Of a stretch of DNA of 64,000 bases, positions 56,608 to 64,000 are shown piece after piece (the first letter of the stretch is position 1; each line of letters starts with the position of its first letter). Both the position numbers and the translations under genes were made by a program. The DNA is from Cyanophora paradoxa CCMP329 (lineage: Eukaryota > Plantae > Glaucophyta). The stretch is taken from contig QPMI01000144.1 in assembly GCA_004431415.1 (NCBI GenBank), positions 10,325 through 74,324 on the forward strand, written 5' to 3'. The notes under the pieces were generated by a model. That model searched no databases and was not told where the DNA came from. It saw only the letters and a list, made by a program, of their open reading frames with translations.

Positions 56608-59600
56608 TTAGCTTGACAAATCTGCCACATTGGGATCTCTACTGCACGCGATTACCGAGCTAGAGCCTAGAAGCCTCCCGGTGGGGGATGCCCGTGCAGG
56701 TCCGGCGGGGGGTACGGGTGCTGGGGGCCGCCGGGGAATGGGTACGGGCCGGAATGGGCCAAGGGGTGGGGCCCGTGCTGCGGGGGGTACTGCTGGTAGC
56801 CCCCCCCCGGAGATTGGGGCTGCGGGGCGCCGTGCGGGGGCTGGGCGGTCAGCGGGGGGTACGGGCCGTGGTGGGGCAGAGGGGGGCCCGGGGGCGGTGG
56901 AAAGGGTCGGGGAGAAGGCCGGCGCCGGGGGGGGCCTGGGGGCTCGCTGGGCGTCCGCGGGGTGCGGGGGGTACGGCTCCGGGCGGGCGAGCGCGTGGGA
57001 GACGGGGGCTGGCCCGGCCGCGCGAGGCGGGCGGCGAGCCCGGGCGCCCTGCCGCCGGCGCCTCCGCCCCCTCCCTGGCGGCTCGGGGTAGACGAAGTCG
57101 AGGCCGTCGCGGGGGTGCGGACGCGAGGTCCGAGGGGGCGAGGGGAGGAGGGAGGTGTCCAGGGGCACGAGGGCGGGGCGGCGGGGACGGGAGGGCACGG
57201 GATCGGGGAGGAGGCCCTGCCCGGCGGGGGCGGGGTACGGGGTCCGGGAGGAGCCCGGGGGGCGGGGCGGGACGGCGGGCTTGGTCGAGGTCGCTGCGGC
57301 GGTGGGGCGGGGGCGGGGGCGCCAGGCGGGGGCTCTTCTTGAGGAGGGGCCCCCGCTTGGCGAAGATCTTCGCCGCCAGGTCCCGCCTCCTGGGGGTACG
57401 TGAGCGGGGGGGGGACGCGAGGGGAGCGGGGGCGCACTCGAGGCGCTCCTTCTCCGCCGCTGTGGAGGAGGAGGAGGCGCCCGGGCGTCGCCGGGGGCCC
57501 CGGGGGCGAGCGGCCGCCGGCCGGGCGGGCCGGGGGGCCCCCGCGTGCTCCTTGCAGCGCTTGCCTCCGCCCACGACCAGCCGCCCGCACGGCACCTGCC
57601 GCGCCCAGTCGATACAGCGAAGGGGGCCCCCGCGCGCTGCGCCCGCCGCCGCCGCACCATTGGCGCCGGCGCAGACGCGTCCTCCGACTCCCGCTTGGCC
57701 GGCACGGGGTACGCGCACCGCGTCTGAGGGGCGTACAGGTCGGATCAGAGGACGCTGGCGCACAAGGAACGGGCGCGGGGACCTTCGAAGCGGCGGCGGC
57801 GGCCTTCGCGGCGTGCGTGGCGCAAAGCTGCCCGATGCGCGAGACCTGCGGGGTACCACATTCAGCGGGAGGGCGAGGCGGCGGTCCGGGGGGTACAGCG
57901 CGCCTTCTTCTCGCAAGGCTCCTTCACGGCCCCCATTTGTATCGGTACCCCGCAGAGGTAGATTCTGCGGGAGGGGCACGATCGGCTGGCGAAGGGAGCA
58001 GGAACGCATTCCATCGTTTTCGGGGGCGCACTTGCTCCCGTCGGGCCCATTCTTGACGATCGTGTCGTGCTTCGGGCCCGAGTCCTGTGCCCCGGCCCCG
58101 GCCCCGTCGGCACGCACCCCCCGCGCCGAATGCGCCGTACCCCCCGCGCACCTCGAGCTTGGCCAGCTCCTCCGCGTTGAGATCCCGAAAGGCCCGCACG
58201 ACCTGAGAGGGGGGGAGGGCGTCAGGGGCACGGGCTCGGCCCGACGAGGGGGTGCGGCGCGCCTTGAGGAAGTCCCCCCCCACGAGGTGCACGCGGCGCT
58301 TCGCGAGCGGCCCGCACGCCTGCGGATCGTGAGAGGAAGACGAGGGGGGAAGGTAGGGGGTTCAAGGGCGCGCCTCTCCGAACGCGGCGTCGTTGGGGGG
58401 GATGCGCTGCGCCACGGCGCGCAGCCACTCCGCCTGGGAGGTGGGGGAAGGTGGCTCAGGAAGGGTACGGCAGGGGGGCGGGGCGGCAGGCGGGGGATAC
58501 CCGGAAGTACTCCTCGGGGCCGAACTTGCCGCCCTCCTTCATCGCGGCGGGCAGCTTGCTGAAGCCCTGCGGAGGAGGGTCGGCCGGCGGCGGGGGGAGC
58601 GGCGAGGGGGCGCGGCACCTTGCGGCGGGTCTCGATGAGGATGGCGTAGAGCTCCCGCTGCAAGCGCTGCGGGGAGGGGCGGGGGGCACGAGAGGGCGTG
58701 GGCGGGGCGTGCAGGGGAGGGGCGGGCGGACGGGGGCGGGCACCTGGAGGGCGGGCGGGGCGCCGGCGGAGGGCGCGAAGTGCCTCTCGTCCCTCGCCTC
58801 CTCCGCCGCCTGCGCGCATCGTATCCAAGTCGAATGCGATCCGGGCTCGGCGAGGCGCCGGCGGGGCGGGGCGGGGGCACCTTCCGCTCGGCCGCCCGCC
58901 GCTCGCGCTCCTCCCCCGCCCGCCGCTCCCGCTCGTCGGCAATCTGCGCAGCCCCTCAGCCCGGCCCGGGGCGCGGAGAGGCGCCGGGCCGAGCCGGGCG
59001 GGGCACCTTGCGGTCGCGCTCGTCGGCGGCGCGCCGTTCGGCCGACTTGGGCGAGGCGGACGGCTGCCCCGGCCCCGGCGGTGCAGGCGACGGCTGCGGC
59101 AGCGGCGGCGCAGGCGGCAGCGGCGGCGGCGACGCGTCCGCCGCGCCCAGCGCCGGGGTCTGAGAAACTCTCAGAGGTGGCGGGGGCGGGGCGGGGGCGG
59201 GGCGGGGGCGCCGAACCCTCGCCGCGTGCTCGTCCGTCTTGGGGCGCTTGTGGGCGGGGCCGGGGCCCCCGTCCTCCTCCCCGGCGCGGCGCCTGGCCTC
59301 CTTCTCGGGTGCCGTCTCACGGGCCGGCTCCTCCGCGCCGGCCCCCTCGTCCCTCGTCTTCCGCTTCTCCTTCTTCGGCTGCGCGGGGGCGCCGGCGCCG
59401 TGGGCGGGGGCGGGGGCGGGGGCGGGGGCACGGAGCGGCGCGGTGCCCGCACCTTCTCGTCCTTCTTCTTCTTGCTCTTCTCCCCTCCCGCCCCGGCCTC
59501 GGGCTTGGCCTCGGCCTCGGCCTCCTCGCCGCTCGCGGGGCCCTCGGGCGAGCCGGCGCACTGCACGCACAGGTGCTCCCGCCCGAACACCTGCGCCCGG

Positions 59601-61900
59601 CGCTCAGGCCGAGGCCCGGCGGGGGCGCGGGACCGTTCGATGCGGCAGGGGTGCCGCACCGTGGGGAACTCCTCCTCGGGGGGCACGCATCCCTTGTGGT
59701 ACGCCTTCGGGCACCTGCCGCCGGCGCGCAGGCCGCTCAGGCCCAGGCCGGCGCGGCGGCGGGGGCGGGGCGGGAGGCGGCGGGGCGCGGGCACCGGAAG
59801 CAGCGCGGGTCCTCGGGGGCGGTCTCCTTCGCGCAGGCGGCGCAGCGGTGGCGCGGGCAGCCGGCGATGCGGGCCCCGAAGCGCTGCGCGGGGCGCTCGG
59901 ATGGGGCGGGGGGCTCCCCCTCGCTGCAGGGGCGGGGGCACCGTGGCCTTCTTCTGGGGGGCCACGCTCTCCACGGCCCCGGGGTCCGGGGCCACCCGCT
60001 TCAGGCACTCTGCAGTCCAGGCCCCGCCGGGGCTCACGCGGGGGTGCTGCTTCTCGGAGGGGAGGGCGCGGGGGCACCGAGGTGGTAGTACTTGCCGCAG
60101 GGGGCGTGCTGCGGGAGGAGGGGAAGAGGGGCGTGAGAGGGATGCGGGGAGACGGGGGCGGCGGTAGGGGGCCTACCTGGCAGAGGAGGACGTCGCGGCC
60201 GTCGTCCCCGTACTCCTCGCACACGAAGCACGAGTGCTGAGGCACGAGTGCTGCCCGTCAGATGGATGCGAGGGGCGCTGGGGAGGCGCGCACGCGGTTG
60301 CAGGTGCAGTCGAGGCAGACCCAGGCGCGCTTGCCGCTCGGCATGCGCTTCATTCCCAGGCAGGCGAGGTGGAACGAGCGCTGGCACGCCTGCCGCCGGC
60401 GGGGCCTCAGGCCAGGGGAGCGGGGGAGCACGCGGGGGGCGGGCCCCCTCGGGGCGCTGGCGCACCCCCTCGCACATGAGGAGCTCGCCCTCGCCGGCGC
60501 ACACGTGGCACAGGTCTGCACCCGCCTCGCCTCGGCTCGCGCGCAGGCGCGGGGTGGCGGGGGAGGGGTGGGGCGGGCGCGGGGCCCGCGGCACCGTCGT
60601 TGGTGGCGTCCGCGTCGCAGATGACCTCGTCCACGAACCCGTCCTCCTGCACCCGCCTCAGAGGTCGGAGGGGGGGGGGGGACTCGAGGTGGATCGCGCA
60701 CCTCCTTGCCGCTGCCGTCCTCAGCCTTCTCATCCTCCCCCTCCTTCTTCTTCCCCTTGTCCTTCTTTTTCGCCTTCTTTTTGGGTGGCTTGCCTTCGTC
60801 CTGCGCGTGGTTGAGCCGCTGCGGCAGGTGCGGGGGGCGGGGGGAGGGGCGGCGCGCCTCGGCCCCGCTGCCGCTGGCCTCCCCCTCGCTCCCGGGGGCC
60901 TTGTCGCCCCCCTTGTTCTTCCCCTTCTTCTTCTTGGGGGCCGCCTTGGGGGCCTCCTGCTCGCTCTGCGGGGCGCGTCGGGGGGCCGCGCCGTCGAGGG
61001 CGCCCCGCCCGGCGCACCTCGCCCCCGCTGCCGGCCTCGGACCCCTCCTCCTTCTCCCCCCCCTCCTTGCTCTTCTTGCCCTTCTTCTTCTTGTTCGGCT
61101 TCTCGGCATCCTGGGCGGGGGTGAGGGGCGTGCGGGGCGGGGGTGAGGGGCGTGCGGGGCGGGGCGCCCCCGGCCGGCGCACCTCGCCCTCCTTCCGCTT
61201 CTTCTCCTTCTCCTTCTTCTTCTTGCCCTTCGCCGGCTTCTCCTCTTCTTCCTCCTCCTCGCCCTCGCTGCCGCTGCTGGCCTCCTTCGCCTGCGGAGGG
61301 TCGGCCCGGGCGGGGCGGGCGGGAAAAGCGGGTAGGCCGGGCCGGACCTTGTGCTTCTTGCCTCGCTTCTTGGAGCTGGCGCCGCCTTCCTCCTCCTCCT
61401 CGCTCTCTTCCTTCTTGTGCTTGTCTGTCTTCTTCTTCTCCTTCTTCGACTTCTTGGCCTGCAGGGCGCGCTCAGGGGGCGGGCGTGGGGCGCCCGGGTA
61501 GCGAGGCGAGCGCACGGATTCCTTCTCCTCTTTCTTCAACTTCGACTTGCCGCCGGCGCCGCTCTCCTCCGAATCGCGCTTCTTCTTGGACTTGAGGTCC
61601 GCGCCGCCGCTCTGCTCCTTACCGTCCTTCTCCTTCTTTACCTTCGACTTCTTCGATCCAGCGCCGTCCCCGTCCTGCTCCGCCTCAGCCCCGAACGCGA
61701 TACCGGTCACAACGCGGTCTCGGCGCCAACCTTCTGCTTGCCCCCGCTGCCGGATGTACGCGCATCGCCCAACTTCTCCTTCGCACCTGCATCGTCGCCA
61801 GCGGGACCCTCGGCCTTCGCAGCCTCGGCCGCTGCCGGCTCCTGCGCAAAGTTAGCGGCGATCGGGCCACGTACGGAGATGCGGGCCGCGCACGGATGCC
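56608..61900 (-). CDS. Multi-PHD-finger chromatin protein (NSD-like PHD cluster), multi-exon
   Basis: CHVCAGEGELLMCEG, CQRSFHLACLG...WVCLDC, HSCFVCEEYG, CGKYYH and CPKAYHKGC. Lys/Glu-rich N-terminus and Pro/Tyr/His-rich C-terminus. Ends approximate. Confidence 0.72.
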
Positions 61901-62198
61901 ACGGGAGCAGCTGGAGGAATCAGAGGCGGCGCGACGCCGGCGTTCTGCAGGATTGCAAACAGGTCGATGCCGCGACTGGCGAGGCGGGAGCGTCAGCGTC
62001 AGGCGCGGTGGCGCGTTCACAATGCGCGGCGACGCACGGCTTATGGCGGGGAGCCCGCGCCGGTCGGGTCCATTGCAGATGCGTACCCCCGGACGCCCAA
62101 ACAGTAGGGCCAAACTGTGCCTTAGCTATGCTGCCGTAGGCCGTCCTCACGAAGCGCTTAGGTCCTACAGCGCATCTGCCAACTTTCTCAGCACTGCG

Positions 62199-64000
62199 AT
62201 GCTGGACACGGTGCCGCCGGGCCGACGACGCCCCGGCCGAGCACGCAGGCCAGCCCTCGCACACGGGGCCTGTCGCTGGCACAAAGCCGGTGAGCACCGC
62301 GCTGGCCGCGTTCCGCGTTGCTCCTCGAGCGACAGCTGGCCCGCTCAAGGGCATGGCGCTCACGGGTCGGCGCGCAGGGCGGGGGCACGTTCAAGTCGTT
62401 CAGCAGGGACGCGCAGCTGGTGCAGTCCGTCCTGATCGAGCAGGACGCGGCGCACGTCCCCCTCTTCATCGGCGACCTCTCCCACATCCAGAAGCCCTCG
62501 ACCGCCCCCGCCGCGCCTCCCGCGGGGTCGCCGCGCCCACGACACGCGGCGCGCTCGGTGATTCACGTCCACGCGCCCCGCGGAGGCCGCAGCTCACGCC
62601 CTCGCCGCAGTGCCGCGCGATGAAAACTTCGCTGCAACGCCGCGGAGGGTGCGCCGCCCCGACCGCGCCCGCGCGAGCGCGGCAGCCGAGCTGAACCCGC
62701 GCTGGCGCAGCTCCCATGTCCCTGCAGCTCGACGACTTGGGGAGGCGTATGCGGGACCCGGGCAGTCGCCCCCGCCCTCTCGACCGCGGCGGCGCGCGCC
62801 GTCCCCGCGAGCGCCGCGCCGCGGCCCGCTGACCTCCCCCCGCAGATCGCGACAGGATACCCCTCAAGCTCGAGAGCCTGCCCCCCCTCCGTGCTTGCCT
62901 CCCGCCCCGCGCCCCGGCGGCCTCGCCTCCGCGTGACGCCGCGGCAGCGCCGGTCTCGACGCCGTCGGTGCTGGAGCGGACGCCGCGGGGCCGGCGGGGC
63001 GCGGGGAGGAGGTACGACGTGGCGCAGCACGCCATCCGCGGGCCTGGAGCAGCGCCTCCCGGGCGGCGCCGGCGTCCCAGTGCCCCTTCCCCTCGAGGCG
63101 AAGCGTGCGAGGTCGAGGCGGGGCGGGGCGGGGCGGGCAGGACGGGGCGGACCTGGAGCGTGGCTGCAGAGAACCTGGTGGCGGCGGCGCAGTCGAAGCG
63201 GGGCGGGGGCGGGCGGGGGTCCGGGGCGGGGCCCGACGTGGAGGGGCCCTCTCCTCAACGCCGGCTTCACCTTCGACCAGGGCTCGGCGCCTCGCCTCGG
63301 TCCGCCCCCCGCCCCGCCCCACGGCCCCGCCCCCCTGCCTGACGCCGGGCAGCGCGGGGCCAGCTGCGGGGGGAGAGGATGCACGCCGACGCGATCGAGC
63401 GGCTCTACCGCGCCCTCTACGTCTACTCCGTCGGCTTCGCGGACGTCGTCCGCCCCGCCCGCACCCCCCCCGCCCCGCTGCCGTCGCCCCGCGCCGAGGC
63501 GCGAGGCGCGCGCGCAGCTGCAGCAGCTGAGCGAGCACGTCCCCGAGCGCTCGAAGCTCATCCCCAAGGCGCGCGCGCCCCGGGCGCCGCGGCGGGGCCG
63601 GGCGGGCGGGGACGAGGGCCGACGGCGGGGCGGGCGGCAGGTGTGGCGGCGTACATGATGCTGGTGGAGGAGCGGCAGCACCTCGCCTTCCCCTCCGCCC
63701 TCGCTACCAGTGCGCTCGCGCCCGACGGGCGGGGCGGGCGGAGGGCGCGGCTGAGCTCGCGGGGGCAGTGGTGCGGGAGCAGGAGGAGGGCCTCTCGTCG
63801 GAGCGGCGGCGCCACGAGGCCGAGGTCGCCGCCCTCGACGCCCGCGCCGAGCAGTCCGCCCGCCCGCCCCGCCCGCCGCGCCCCCGCTCCGTTGGGCCGA
63901 CGCGGGGCGACGCGGGGCGCAGGCTGGCGGGGGAGGTGCAGGAGGCGCGGAGCGAGCAGTCGCGGCTGGCGGGGGAGCTGCAGCAGCAGGCCGAGGCCGC
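62199..64000 (+). CDS. Hypothetical multi-exon coiled-coil protein (3' end beyond the window)
   Basis: Exon-like segments between GT/GC...CAG introns: GTFKSFSRDAQLVQ, LLNAGFTFDQ, AIERLYRALYVYSVGFADV and a Glu/Gln-rich tail. Confidence 0.5.

Overview
GC-rich, very intron-dense protist (microbial eukaryote) DNA carrying two related endogenous DNA viruses. The main feature is a complete 24,621-bp integrated Polinton/Maverick-like virus (29077-53697) with identical 283-bp terminal inverted repeats (5'-TGTTGT...ACAACA-3') and a perfect 6-bp target-site duplication (GTCTAC). It sits inside what was a ~91-bp intron of a host beta-helix gene. It encodes a protein-primed PolB, an rve integrase, an A32-like packaging ATPase, a capsid protein with NCLDV-like motifs, two head-to-head penton-like genes, a patatin phospholipase, an HNH-AP2 endonuclease and a ~7.4-kb cassette of bacteriophage-like tail-fibre genes, four of which share an N-terminal module. 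The first ~5.3 kb is the end of a second, diverged member of the same group, with the same ATPase-MCP-penton-penton order, ending in iteron-like repeats and a hairpin. It abuts an internally deleted non-LTR retroelement with a Ulp1-like domain. Host genes: a beta-ketoacyl-synthase-like gene, a full-length ABCB/MDR transporter with many GC-AG introns, a secreted CxDxxC-repeat protein, a RING ligase, a multi-PHD protein and a partial coiled-coil gene. Many ORFs are split by single-base indels, mostly at homopolymers and probably assembly errors. All family calls come from motifs recognised by eye, not database searches.
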